A stretch of 52,636 nucleotides of DNA from Dehalococcoidia bacterium. Its GTDB lineage: Bacteria; Chloroflexota; Dehalococcoidia; Lucifugimonadales; UBA3495. Positions 1 to 10,921 of the stretch are shown piece after piece. Every line of letters starts with the position of its first letter. The stretch's first letter is position 1. The position numbers were made by a program, and so were the translations under genes. The notes below the pieces were generated by a model that made no database searches, was not told the DNA's origin, and saw only the letters and a program-made list of their open reading frames with translations. The stretch lies in NCBI GenBank assembly GCA_030740155.1, contig JASLXV010000037.1, positions 1 to 52,636 of the forward strand. The letters are read 5' to 3'.

Positions 1-616
1 TTCAGCCTGATGCCCTTGCGGTACGCCCACTCGTCCATGGTCCTACCTGCAAACTCAGGCCCGTTGTCGACAGTAATTACCTCAGGGAGTCCCCTCGTCT
101 CGGCCAGCCTCTCCAGGACGCCGACTACCCTTGCGCCGCCAAGAGATGTATCCACCTCAATGGCCGGGCACTCCCGCGAGTAGTCATCCACTATGGTCAG
201 TGCACGAAAACGCCGGCCGGTCACGGTGCTGTCTGATACGAAGTCCATTGACCACCTCTGGTTGGGACGCACCGGAGGTGGAATGATCACCCTAGCTCCG
301 GCCGCACCTTTGCGCCTCCTCTTCCTCCGCAACGCAAGTCCCTCTTCTCGATAGAGACGCTCGGTCCTCTTGTGATTGACCACCAACCCTTCCCTCTTCA
401 GCATGATATGCAGCCTGGGGCTACCAAACCGCATCCTCTCCCCTGCAAGCTCCCGCATCCTCCGGCGCAAGGCATCGTCATCACCCCGCTTTGACTCATA
501 CCGGTACACCGAGGGGAAGACGCCGGTCAGCAGACAGGACCTCCTTTCGCTCAGCCCAAGACTCTCTATGGCGTACCCAGCCGCCATCCTCCTCGCCTTG
601 GGCTTCAGAAGTTTTT
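1..616 (-). CDS. IS3-family transposase OrfB (integrase core), reached by -1 frameshift; partial at window edge
   Basis: Hand translation: KLLKPKARR...RFGSPRLHIMLKREGLVVNHKRTERLYREEGL...PNQRWSMDFVSD...LTIVDDYSRE...ITVDNGPEF. Not in the ORF track because it has no stop inside the window. Confidence 0.9.
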
Positions 617-871
617 TCCCAGCAACTCCTTCAACGCCCAGTTGTCCAACGCCTGCTGGGCTACAATATGCTTCAGACGCCGGTTCTCGTCCTCAAGGGA
701 CCTCAGCCTCTTCAGCTCGCTCACCGTCAGGCCTGCGTACTTCGCCTTCCACTTGTAGAAGGTGGCTTCGCTCATCCCGTGCTGCCGGCAGAGCTCGGCC
801 GTCCTGGCCCCGGCCTCAGCTTCGTTCAGCACCCCGATGATCTGCTCCTCCGTGTACCTCTTCCGACCCAT
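605..871 (-). CDS. IS3-family transposase OrfA (HTH)
   Basis: 88 aa, MGRKRYTEEQIIGVL...ELCRQHGMSEATFYKWKAKY...LEDENRRLK, typical IS3 OrfA; AAGGAGG SD upstream. Confidence 0.93.
   Translation of the reverse strand: MGRKRYTEEQIIGVLNEAEAGARTAELCRQHGMSEATFYKWKAKYAGLTVSELKRLRSLEDENRRLKHIVAQQALDNWALKELLGKNF
608..620 (-). other. Programmed -1 ribosomal frameshift site of the IS3 element
   Basis: Minus strand GGGAAAAAACTTC immediately before the orfA stop; contains an A_AAA_AAC heptamer at the orfA/orfB overlap. Confidence 0.75.
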
Positions 872-945
872 GAGCCCTCCTTACTCGTATCATTCTAGCT
901 GAGGACTCTACTTGCCAGTGTTACTGTTCTAGGGGGGGAACGTCA

Positions 946-1888
946 GTTCAGCATCAGTCCGCTGGTCGTGTATCTGGTCGTCCGCGACATGGATTGGAGC
1001 GCCCTTTCCGTCGAACTCCGTGATTTCCCCCTTCGCTACGCCATTGCCTCTCTCCTGATCTTCTCCGTGGCGACAGCGGTGCGCGCCTACCGATGGCAGG
1101 TATTGTTCGTCGGGGAAAAGGTCCCTCTGCACCGGCTTCTGCTCGTCCAAAACGCTGGGATAGGCCTGAACAGCCTTTCCCCCATTCGGCTCATCAGTGA
1201 AGCGGCCCAGTACGTGCTGCTGACCCTACGGTATCAGGTCAAGAAAGAATCGGTGGCTGCCACCCTTGGGGTGCAACGGGTGTTGGACTTCGTCATCAGC
1301 GCGCTCCTGCTGGGCATCGGGTTTATATTGTTGCCGGGCCTTAAAGGCTTTGCCCTCTATATTCTGGGAGCAGAGTTCCTGGCCATCCTCAGCCTGTTGG
1401 CGATACCCGCCATCATCTGGTTTGGCGCCCGGCCGGGCCTGGCCCGCGTGCCGATGCTGGCCTCGACCGCGGCCTCGTTGCGAAGGTTGCTCCAGGCCCG
1501 GCTGAAACTCACCTGGTCCTTCCTGCTGACCCTGATTTACTGGCTGATACTGGGGTTGGCCGCCTGGGTGCTGGCCTACGGCATGGGCATCGAGATTTCG
1601 CTTCTGCTGGCGACCCTGCTGGTAATCGCCACCCTGACCTTTGTCGCCTTGGTACCCTCGCTGCCGGCTTCGATAGGCACCTTCGAGTTCGCGGCGTACT
1701 ACCTGCTGACGGCCTTCGGGGTCGGGCCGATGGAAGCGCTGGGGTACGCGCTGGCCCTCCACGCCATATTGTTCCTGCCCCCAATCCTGGTCGCCCTCCT
1801 GGTGATGATCAGCTGGACCCTCAAAAAGCGGGCGAAAGAAGCCGGTGCACCTGCAACCGGGGAAAGCCCGCCGGTTTCCTCCGCCTAA
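946..1888 (+). pseudogene. UPF0104 / lysylphosphatidylglycerol-synthase TM-domain (flippase-like) membrane protein, 5'-interrupted by IS3
   Basis: Hydrophobic protein with VRAYRWQVL, NSLSPIRL.SE and VPSLPASIGTFEFA motifs. The frame stays open from GTG968 back to the IS junction (FSISPLVVYLVVRDMDW), with no SD. Confidence 0.7.
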
Positions 1889-2135
1889 GGGCTGCACCCC
1901 GGCGCGCCGGTCCTGCCCGGCCGTGGGGCCGGCCCGCCGGACCATCCCTAGCAGCCCTCTTCACCCCTGCCCGTGCTTTCCGGGGCCAAACGGCCATCGC
2001 ATTTTGCTCATATTACGTAAAGTGTTTAGCTAAAGCCGGCCCAGGGCGTTCCCCTATAATTGGCTGCAACCAATTTTGGCTGCCGGTCCGGGCAGTCGCA
2101 TTCGATAGCAGTGGGGACGATTCAGGAGGGATGGG

Positions 2136-3923
2136 ATGAGGCACGGGTCCAGAGCCGGAATCTTCGGCATCGGGGTATTTGCCCTGGTGTTCTTGGCCTG
2201 TACATCCGCCACACCCACGCCCACCGCCGCTCCAACTCCTTCATCGAACGACGCGCCGGCCAGCACGCCGGTTCCCACAGCCACCACGCCGCCTCCAGCC
2301 AGCACGCCGGCGCCCGCTCCCCCGACGGCCCCCAAGGTGACGCCGATTCCGGGGCCAACCGCGACGCCGGTACCCACGCCGGCGCCGGCGCCTCCTGCAG
2401 GCCGGTCCGGCGGCTCGTTGACGGTCGCCGGCTTCGCCGACATTCCCCACCGGGACGTGCATCAATCGGTCCAGGAAGCGCTGATCTCCCTGGGTCCCGG
2501 ACTGGCCTACAGCCGCCTCCTCAGGTTGCGTTCCGACCCGGACCTGGGCCAGCCCAGCCTGCTCTTGGAGTGCGACCTGTGCCAGAGCTGGAGGCTGACG
2601 CCGGACTTCGCCTATGAGTTCCAGCTTCGGCCCGACATCCGCTGGCAGAACATCTCCCCGGTCGACGGCCGCGCCCTGGTCGCCGACGACCTGGTGTACA
2701 GCTACAACCGGTTGCGCACGCCGGGCTGGCCCAACGCTTCTCTGTTCTCGTCGATTGGCGAGATCGAAGTCTCCGGTCCGCTCACCCTGCGAGTCAACCT
2801 GGCCTCGGCCGACGCCGACGCCCTCTTATCCCTGGCAGACGGCCACAGCAAGATCGTGGCCCGCGAGGTCGTGGAGCAGTACCAGGACCTGCGCGACGGC
2901 CCGGTGATCGGCACCGGCGCCTGGCTCTGGGAGGAGACGGAGACGGGGACCGGCACCACGCTGAGCCGAAACCCGGACTACTTCGAGAAGGGCTTGCCGT
3001 TCCTGGACGAGTTGGCCATAAAGGTGATCAAGCCCCTGGGCGCCGGAGGCTCCGCGGACCGGGAGCGGCTGGCCGCGTTCCAGGGCGGCTTGGTGGATGT
3101 AGTGCTGCTGCCGCCATCGGAATGGCAGAAGCTACAAGCGGCCGGTGGCGACATCGGCTCGGTCCTGACCCGGCAGGCCGGTACCGGCGTTATGTTCGCG
3201 ATCAACGCTCAGACACCCGTCTTCCGGAACCTGGAGGTGCGCCACGCCGTCTTCAGAGCCGTGGACCCGTGGGACTACGTCGATACCCTCTGGTCCGGGC
3301 AGGGGTTTGTGAGCTTGGGGATACCGGTGCAGAGTCCGCAATGGCTGTTGGACCGAGCGGAGATGCGCAACGACTACTTCGGCGACCCCGGCGCCGCCCG
3401 GGCGACGCTGGCCGCCGCAGGGCGCTCCGCGCCCGTGGACGTCGAGCTGACGGTGCAAACCCAGGGATCCAGGGATATCTATTTGGAGCTTGAGCAGCGG
3501 GTGGCCGGCGACCTGCGCGCAGTCGGCTTCAACCCGAAGATACGGCGGCTCAATCCAGCCCAGTTCAGCGAGACGGTCTTCGAGTACAAGGACTACCAGT
3601 TGGCCTTGGGGGTACTGCCGCCCACCTCCACCACCAACAGCTTTCTGATGGCCCTGTTGCACAGCAGCGGACGGTGGAACATCGCGGGCCACGAGGACCA
3701 GCTGCTGGATGGAATGATCGAGCAGCAGGCGGCCGAGTTCGATCCGGACCGGCGCCGAATCCAACTCCAGGACATCCAGCGCCGTGTCCTGGAGCAAGCC
3801 TACCTGTTCAGCCCCATAACCGGCACGTCCCGCTGGGTGTTCGATCCGGGCCTCAAGGGATTCCACCCCAACAGCACCCTATCCGAGTACAACTACTGGT
3901 CCCGGGCCTGGCTGGACCGGTAG
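2136..3923 (+). CDS. ABC transporter substrate-binding lipoprotein, family 5 (peptide/nickel type)
   Basis: Lipobox VFLAC, Pro/Thr/Ala-rich linker, LRPDIRWQN..P..GR.L.ADD, IGTGAW and RNPDYFEKGLPFLD motifs. Confidence 0.88.
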   Translation: MRHGSRAGIFGIGVFALVFLACTSATPTPTAAPTPSSNDAPASTPVPTATTPPPASTPAPAPPTAPKVTPIPGPTATPVPTPAPAPPAGRSGGSLTVAGFADIPHRDVHQSVQEALISLGPGLAYSRLLRLRSDPDLGQPSLLLECDLCQSWRLTPDFAYEFQLRPDIRWQNISPVDGRALVADDLVYSYNRLRTPGWPNASLFSSIGEIEVSGPLTLRVNLASADADALLSLADGHSKIVAREVVEQYQDLRDGPVIGTGAWLWEETETGTGTTLSRNPDYFEKGLPFLDELAIKVIKPLGAGGSADRERLAAFQGGLVDVVLLPPSEWQKLQAAGGDIGSVLTRQAGTGVMFAINAQTPVFRNLEVRHAVFRAVDPWDYVDTLWSGQGFVSLGIPVQSPQWLLDRAEMRNDYFGDPGAARATLAAAGRSAPVDVELTVQTQGSRDIYLELEQRVAGDLRAVGFNPKIRRLNPAQFSETVFEYKDYQLALGVLPPTSTTNSFLMALLHSSGRWNIAGHEDQLLDGMIEQQAAEFDPDRRRIQLQDIQRRVLEQAYLFSPITGTSRWVFDPGLKGFHPNSTLSEYNYWSRAWLDR

Positions 3924-4366
3924 CTCTTCATCCCCTTCTCCAGGGCGGTCCAGGCGAGGAGGGTGCACTTGATACGCACCGGGAACTGCATGACCGCTTG
4001 AAGGGCCTTCAGGTCACCCAGCGATTCCTCCTCCCCCTCGGCGGTCAGCTTGCCTTGCATCATATCCCGGAACCGCTGAGCCAGCCTGTCCACCTGCTCC
4101 AGTGACTTCCACCGCAACGCCTCACCCATCATCGACGCCGTGGCCTTGATGATTGAGCAGCCATCGGTCTGGATGCCGACCTCGGCGATGCGCCCGTCTT
4201 CATCCAGCTTCAGCCGGAGCGTCACCCGATCACCGCAGAAGGGATTATCCTCTTCCGCCTCCAGGTCCGCTACCGGGACCGGATCGGAATGCCGGGGGTT
4301 ACGGTAATGGTCGATGATCATCTCGCCATAAAGTTCATCTAGGGGCACGTCTGGGGAACTCGGCAT
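3893..4366 (-). CDS. sufU: SufU/NifU-N family Fe-S assembly protein, second copy
   Basis: LYGEMIIDHYRNPRH, NPFCGD, GCSIIKA, RIKC motifs. ATG at 4366 preferred over TTG 4381. Confidence 0.85.
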   Translation of the reverse strand: MPSSPDVPLDELYGEMIIDHYRNPRHSDPVPVADLEAEEDNPFCGDRVTLRLKLDEDGRIAEVGIQTDGCSIIKATASMMGEALRWKSLEQVDRLAQRFRDMMQGKLTAEGEEESLGDLKALQAVMQFPVRIKCTLLAWTALEKGMKSYRSSQARDQ

Positions 4367-4422
4367 GTTTCTCTCAGCCAACCAGCGGGAATCCCGCCGG
4401 AAAGAATATCACAGGTTCCGGT

Positions 4423-4449
4423 GTAGGGGCGGGTTTCAGCCCGCCCTGC
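4423..4449 (+). repeat. GTAG-type REP-like hairpin
   Basis: GTAGGGGCGGGTTTCAGCCCGCCCTGC: GTAG foot followed by a GGGCGGG/CCCGCCC stem. Confidence 0.65.
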
Positions 4450-4584
4450 GGCGGCTCAATACTGGATACACGATTGCAGAACACTTCTCCCAGATCAACT
4501 CCGGGCTTTCTGCCCGCGCCAAATCTGCCGAGCCGACGGCCTCAGCTTAACACAAGCGGCATACGTGGAATCTTCCCGGTGGCA

Positions 4585-4773
4585 GCGGAAGAGGGGCCGA
4601 GGGGCCTTGCTTCAAAAGTACTTGGGACAATGTCACCCAGAGTGAAGCGAGGGGTCTGGGGTGGTGGGTCCAGGCTCCATGGGTCCAGGTTTTAGTGGAA
4701 GAGCCCCACCTCAGATTCCTCGTCGCTTCACTCCTCGGAATGACAGTTTTGAGGCGGAAGAGGGGCCGAGGGG
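4585..4773. repeat. Palindromic TGTCA...TGACA element (4631-4745) flanked by a perfect 20-bp direct repeat
   Basis: GCGGAAGAGGGGCCGAGGGG at 4585-4604 and 4754-4773; inner arms TGTCACCCAGAGTGAAGCGAGGGGTCT and AGATTCCTCGTCGCTTCACTCCTCGGAATGACA. Confidence 0.8.
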
Positions 4774-4819
4774 AGTGATGCCGGGTATCGGCGGCGGGGT
4801 GGCCGCGGGGACCCGAGGC

Positions 4820-5269
4820 TTACTCCGAGGTAACCGCGTCGGTGCGGCCTTCCAGGGCAGCCCGCATGGCGTGCCAGGCCAGAACAGCGCACTTGATTCG
4901 GGTCGGATACTCGATGACCCCGGAAAGGGACTCCAGGTCGCCCAGGGTGTCGAAGTCCAGCTCCGCGTCCGGTTCCGTCATCATCTGATGAAAGGCCTCG
5001 AATATTTCCAGCGCCCTGGCGCTGCTCTGGCCCTTGATGCTCTGGGTCAGCATGGAGGCGGAGGCCTTGGAGATGGCGCAACCGGCGCCCTGAAATCCCA
5101 CATCGGTGATGACCCCGTCGGCGACGGTGAGGTAGAGGGTAATCTTATCCCCGCACAGCGGGTTGTAACCGTCGACGGAGTGGGTCGCCTCTTCCGGTTT
5201 TCGGAAGTTGCGGGGTTTGCTGTTGTGGTCCAGAAGTATTTCCTGGTACAGGTCACTGACGCCGGTCAT
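4820..5269 (-). CDS. sufU: SufU (SUF system NifU-family) protein
   Basis: Start MTGVSDLYQEILLDHNSKPRN at ATG5269, in TGATG overlap with the sufS stop; NPLCGD, GCAISKASAS, RIKCAVL motifs. Confidence 0.92.
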   Translation of the reverse strand: MTGVSDLYQEILLDHNSKPRNFRKPEEATHSVDGYNPLCGDKITLYLTVADGVITDVGFQGAGCAISKASASMLTQSIKGQSSARALEIFEAFHQMMTEPDAELDFDTLGDLESLSGVIEYPTRIKCAVLAWHAMRAALEGRTDAVTSE

Positions 5270-6540
5270 CAGCCAAAGACCTCCATGACCCGGTCGAGCC
5301 CTTTGACCAGTGCGTCGATCTCTTCTCTGGTGTTGTAGAAGGCCAGAGAGGCCCTGGAGGTGGCGGAGATTCCATACCGTTCCATCAAGGGCTGGGCGCA
5401 ATGATGGCCGGTGCGTACGGCGATGCCCTCCCGGTCCAAAATGGTGCCGATGTCGTGGGGGTGCACGCCGTCCATCACGAACGAGAGGATGCCGGACTTT
5501 TCCGGGGCGGTCCCAATGATCCGGACGGCAGAGAGACTGGAAAGGCACGCCGTCCCATACTCCAATAGTTCCCGCTCGTAGGCCGCGATCCGGTCTATCC
5601 CCAGGCTGTTGACGTAGTCGATGGCGGCTCCCAGGCCGATGCTTCCGGCAATGTTGGGGGTCCCCGCCTCGAACTTGTGGGGCAAGTCGCCGTATATCGT
5701 TTTCTCCATGGTGACAGACTTGATCATCTCGCCGCCGCCCTGGTACGGGGGCATCGCCTCCAGCAACTCGGCCTTGCCGTAAAGGATCCCGATCCCGGTG
5801 GGCCCGTAGAGCTTGTGGCCGGAAAAGACGTAGAAGTCGCAATCCAGGCCCCTAACGTCCACGGGACAATGGGGCACGGCCTGTGCGCCGTCCAGCAACA
5901 CCGGCACGCCGTGGCGGTGGGCCATCTCCACGATCTTCTTCACCGGATTGACGGTCCCCAGGGCGTTGGAGACGTGGGTGAGCGACACCAACTTGGTCCG
6001 AGGGCCCAGCAGCCGTTCGTACTCGTCGATTTGCAGCTCACCCGCATCGTTGACGGGAACCACCCGCAGGTGGGCGCCCCGCTCTTCGCACAAGAACTGC
6101 CACGGAACGATGTTGGAGTGGTGTTCCATCCGGGAGATGATTATCTCGTCGCCCGGCCCCACGTTTGCCCTGCCGAAGCATTGGGCCACCAGGTTGATCC
6201 CCTCGGTGGTCCCCCGCACGAAAATGATCTCCCGGTCCTCGGCGGCGTTGATGAACGCGCGGACCTTGCCGCGGGCCTCCTCGTAGTCATCGGTTGCCAG
6301 TTGGCTCAGGGTATGGACACCCCGGTGGACGTTGGAGTTGTTGGTGGTGTAGTACCGCACCAGGGCATCGATGACCGACTGCGGCTTTTGGCTGGTGGCG
6401 GCGTTGTCCAGGTACACCAGCGGCTTGCCGTTGACCTTTTGATCGAGGATCGGGAAGTCTTTTCTTATCTTGGCAACGTCAAACCGGGCCACGGAATTTT
6501 CCGCCACCCTCCCGTCAGATGAAAGGCTGCCGGCGGTCAT
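5269..6540 (-). CDS. sufS: Cysteine desulfurase SufS
   Basis: VYLDNAATSQKP, FSGHKLYGPTGIG (PLP Lys), RTGHHCAQPL. ATG6540 overlaps the sufD stop (ATGA). Confidence 0.95.
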   Translation of the reverse strand: MTAGSLSSDGRVAENSVARFDVAKIRKDFPILDQKVNGKPLVYLDNAATSQKPQSVIDALVRYYTTNNSNVHRGVHTLSQLATDDYEEARGKVRAFINAAEDREIIFVRGTTEGINLVAQCFGRANVGPGDEIIISRMEHHSNIVPWQFLCEERGAHLRVVPVNDAGELQIDEYERLLGPRTKLVSLTHVSNALGTVNPVKKIVEMAHRHGVPVLLDGAQAVPHCPVDVRGLDCDFYVFSGHKLYGPTGIGILYGKAELLEAMPPYQGGGEMIKSVTMEKTIYGDLPHKFEAGTPNIAGSIGLGAAIDYVNSLGIDRIAAYERELLEYGTACLSSLSAVRIIGTAPEKSGILSFVMDGVHPHDIGTILDREGIAVRTGHHCAQPLMERYGISATSRASLAFYNTREEIDALVKGLDRVMEVFG

Positions 6541-7895
6541 TGCCCACCTCCCAATCGAAGGATTGTGGCCGGCACTGCCCGGAGGAATAGCCCGTCCAGG
6601 TAGTCGCGTAAGGGCTTCAACTTCACCGCGTCGATGATTTCGCTGGCGAAGGCGTGCACCAGCATGCGGCTGGCGGTCTCCGGATCGAGCCCCCGGCTTC
6701 GCAGGTAGAACAACGTGGTCTCGTCCATGTGGCCTGCCGTCGCGCCGTGGCTGCATTTCACGTCGTCGGCGTAGATCAGGAGGCTCGGCTTGCTGTTCAC
6801 CTCCGCCTGCTCCGACAGCAGGAGGTTCTTATCGGTCTGCTGGGCGTCGATCTTCTGGGCGTCTTTTCGCACCAGCACCTGGCCCCCGAAAACCGCTTTG
6901 GACTTGCCATCCAGGATGCCCTTGTACATGAGCCGGCTGGTGGTATGGGGTTTGGCGTGATCGATGTTTATCAGGTTGTCGATATGCTGGCCGGTGGAGG
7001 TCAGGTACAGTCCGTTCAGGAAACAGGAACTGCCCGGCGCGTCCAGCAGCACCTGGAAGTCGTTCCTGGCGAGGGCGGTCCCCATGGCGAACGAGGCCGA
7101 GGAGAAAGTGCTGTCCCGGCCCAGAGACACCCGGCTGGTCCCAACGTGAAAAGCGCCGGGGCTTTCCAGCAGGAGCCGGTAGTGCTCGACGTGGGCCCCT
7201 TCTTCGGCGACGATCTCCGTAACGGCGTTCGTGAAGTATTGGGCGTCGGTGCGGCCCACGTAGGTTTCCACCAGCGTCAGCGCGGCGTTGGGGCCGGCCA
7301 CGACCAGCGTCCTGGGATAGGTGACCCTGGGTTGGGCCCGCTCCGTGGTGACGAAGACCAGATGAACCGTGGCTCCGGTCTCCCGGCCGCCGGACACTTC
7401 AACGAATGCCCCGTCCGATAGGAAGGCGGTATTCAGGGCCGTAAAGCCATCGTCATCGAACGTTGCGTGCTTGGCCAGGTGATGTTCCACGACCCGGCCG
7501 TCGTTCCGGACAACATCTGCCAAGCTGGTAACGCGGACATCGCCGGCCGGCCCCGGCGCGGTGGACAGGGTCTTCGAGAACTTCCCGTCCACGAAGACCA
7601 GGCTTACCCAGCCGTCCTTCCAGGGAGCGATCCTTTTCAGGCCTGCGGAGGTAACAACGCCGTCCGGGTCCAGGTCTCTGGAATAGCTGAAGGCCGCTCT
7701 GGCTATGGGGGCGACGTTGGTGTATTTCCACTTCTCGTTGCCACGTCGAGCGGTGGGGAAACCCAATTGGGAGAAGCGGGACCACGCCTGGTCGCCCAGT
7801 TCCCGAAGCCATGGCGGCACACCGGCCCCGCCGTTTCGCCGCAGGGCCTGGAACTGGTCTGGGTAGCTTACAGGGATAGAAGGAGATTCAGTCAT
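6537..7895 (-). CDS. sufD: Fe-S cluster assembly protein SufD
   Basis: EKWKYT, NLLLSEQAEVNSKPSLLIYADDVKCSHGAT, FYLRSRG motifs; operon position. Confidence 0.93.
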   Translation of the reverse strand: MTESPSIPVSYPDQFQALRRNGGAGVPPWLRELGDQAWSRFSQLGFPTARRGNEKWKYTNVAPIARAAFSYSRDLDPDGVVTSAGLKRIAPWKDGWVSLVFVDGKFSKTLSTAPGPAGDVRVTSLADVVRNDGRVVEHHLAKHATFDDDGFTALNTAFLSDGAFVEVSGGRETGATVHLVFVTTERAQPRVTYPRTLVVAGPNAALTLVETYVGRTDAQYFTNAVTEIVAEEGAHVEHYRLLLESPGAFHVGTSRVSLGRDSTFSSASFAMGTALARNDFQVLLDAPGSSCFLNGLYLTSTGQHIDNLINIDHAKPHTTSRLMYKGILDGKSKAVFGGQVLVRKDAQKIDAQQTDKNLLLSEQAEVNSKPSLLIYADDVKCSHGATAGHMDETTLFYLRSRGLDPETASRMLVHAFASEIIDAVKLKPLRDYLDGLFLRAVPATILRLGGGQ

Positions 7896-7919
7896 AAGGC
7901 AGGGACGCCGCCCGGCCGG

Positions 7920-8711
7920 TCACGTGCCCGCTTCCGCGGTCTCATGGATCCAATCGTAGCCCCTGGCTTCCAGTTCATGCGCCAGCTCAGGGCCGCTAGA
8001 CCGGACCACACGCCCGCCTGACAAGACGTGAACGTGGTCGGGAACAATGTAGTTGAGGATGCGTTGGTAGTGGGTAACCAGCACGATGGCGTTCTCGGAG
8101 GTCCGGAGCCGGTTAACCCCGTTGGCGACGATTCTCAGGGCGTCGATGTCCAGCCCGGAATCGGTCTCATCGAGGACTGCCAATTTGGGCTCCAGGACCG
8201 CCATCTGCAAGATTTCGTTGCGCTTCTTCTCCCCGCCGGAGAACCCTTCATTAACCGCCCTTTTCACCAGGTCCGGGTCGATTTCGACCATCTTGACCTT
8301 TTCCTTGAGCAGCCGGTCGAACTCCCGGGCGCCAAGCTCTTCTTCTCCCCGGTGCTGGCGCAGCGCGTCCAACGCCGCTTTCAGGAACTGCCAGGCGCGC
8401 ACCCCGGGGAGTTCCAGCGGGTATTGGAAAGCCAAGAAAACCCCGAGGCGAGCCCGAATCTCGGGCTCCAGAGCCAGAAGGTTCTCACCTTCGTAAAGGA
8501 CCTCACCGCCGGTGACAGTGTACTCCGGCTTGCCCGCCAGAACGCTGGCCAGAGTGCTCTTACCGGAGCCGTTGGGCCCCATGATGGCGTGGACCTCTCC
8601 GGCGTGAACCGTGAGGTTTACGCCCTTCAGTATCTCCAGGTCGCCCGCCGATACGTGAAGGTCGCGCACCGCCAGCAGTGGTGTATTGTTGCCAGAGTTA
8701 TTCACGCTCAT
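7920..8711 (-). CDS. sufC: Fe-S cluster assembly ATPase SufC
   Basis: GPNGSGKST Walker A, FSGGEKKRNEILQM, LDETDSGLDIDAL. Confidence 0.96.
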   Translation of the reverse strand: MSVNNSGNNTPLLAVRDLHVSAGDLEILKGVNLTVHAGEVHAIMGPNGSGKSTLASVLAGKPEYTVTGGEVLYEGENLLALEPEIRARLGVFLAFQYPLELPGVRAWQFLKAALDALRQHRGEEELGAREFDRLLKEKVKMVEIDPDLVKRAVNEGFSGGEKKRNEILQMAVLEPKLAVLDETDSGLDIDALRIVANGVNRLRTSENAIVLVTHYQRILNYIVPDHVHVLSGGRVVRSSGPELAHELEARGYDWIHETAEAGT

Positions 8712-10178
<1,467 letters not shown>

Positions 10179-10257
10179 TCACTCGCCCTTCGGGTGGCGG
10201 ACGGTAGACCCGCCAGCCCGTGCCAAATATCCTTCGGGGTCGCCATGGGACAAGGGT

Positions 10258-10312
10258 ATTGTCGACTTAATGGGTCAACAATTATCCTATCACCCAGGTC
10301 ATCTAGTGTCAA
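10258..10312 (-). promoter_or_regulatory. Sigma70-type promoter of the suf operon with an adjacent palindromic operator (IscR/Rrf2-like)
   Basis: Minus strand TTGACA(10312-10307)-17 nt-TAGGAT(10289-10284), then ATTGTTGAC-CCATTAA-GTCGACAAT (10282-10258), a 9-7-9 inverted repeat with one mismatch. Confidence 0.72.
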
Positions 10313-10369
10313 CGCGGTTTGCCGGAGTGTGGGCAGCGCAGCCCTCCACCCAAAGGGGGCACGCGCAAC

Positions 10370-10921
10370 TCAACGACTCGTGGCCGAAGTTCTCCACTCA
10401 CTCTCAAGCAGTCCGTAGAGCAGGGTATCCCACCAGCGCCCTTTGAAGTGCTCATTCTCTCGCAACCGGCCTTCCGGCCGCAGTCCCACCCGCTCCAGCA
10501 CCCTCGCGGAGGCAGCGTTGTCGGCGATGCACCAAGACGAGATGCGGTGTAGTCCCAACTCCCGGAATCCAAAGTCGACGATAGCCAGAGCGGCCTCCGT
10601 GGCATATCCTCGGCCCCAGTATTCCGGCGCTAGCTCATAACCGATATCCGCTTCCCAGTCATTTTCAGGTTTACGCCGAATCCCGATATTGCCGATCACC
10701 TGCCCGCCGTCCGGAAAGGTGATTGCGAACTGGAAATTGCGCCGGGGTCGCTCCGTCTGCTGGTCTACAAACAATTTAACGAAGCGCCGCACCTCAGCCT
10801 CAGTGCGGTCGGCCCAAGGGTAGAACTGGAGATAACGCGGATCGCGTTGATAGGCCAGCACGTCGGGCCAGTCATCAGTTACGAAATCGCGGAGGAGAAG
10901 TCGCTCTGTGGCAATGCGCAT
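10370..10921 (-). CDS. GNAT N-acetyltransferase, RimJ/RimL family
   Basis: TERLLLRDF, DIGYELAPEYWGRGYATEA, NAASARVLERVG..EGRLRE motifs. Confidence 0.9.
   Translation of the reverse strand: MRIATERLLLRDFVTDDWPDVLAYQRDPRYLQFYPWADRTEAEVRRFVKLFVDQQTERPRRNFQFAITFPDGGQVIGNIGIRRKPENDWEADIGYELAPEYWGRGYATEAALAIVDFGFRELGLHRISSWCIADNAASARVLERVGLRPEGRLRENEHFKGRWWDTLLYGLLESEWRTSATSR

Larger units (their letters stand above)
1..945 (-). mobile_element. IS3-family insertion sequence (IS407-group-like), left part; runs off the window start
   Basis: Minus-strand terminus TGACGTTCCCCCCCTAGAACAGTAACAC begins at 945, followed by orfA and an overlapping -1-frame orfB with DDE integrase motifs. Confidence 0.92.

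Noticed and set aside
5270..5842. Long N-terminal extension on sufU (similar extensions on sufS and hpnA)
   Set aside because: These are alternative frames of the upstream genes; the real starts overlap the upstream stop codons.
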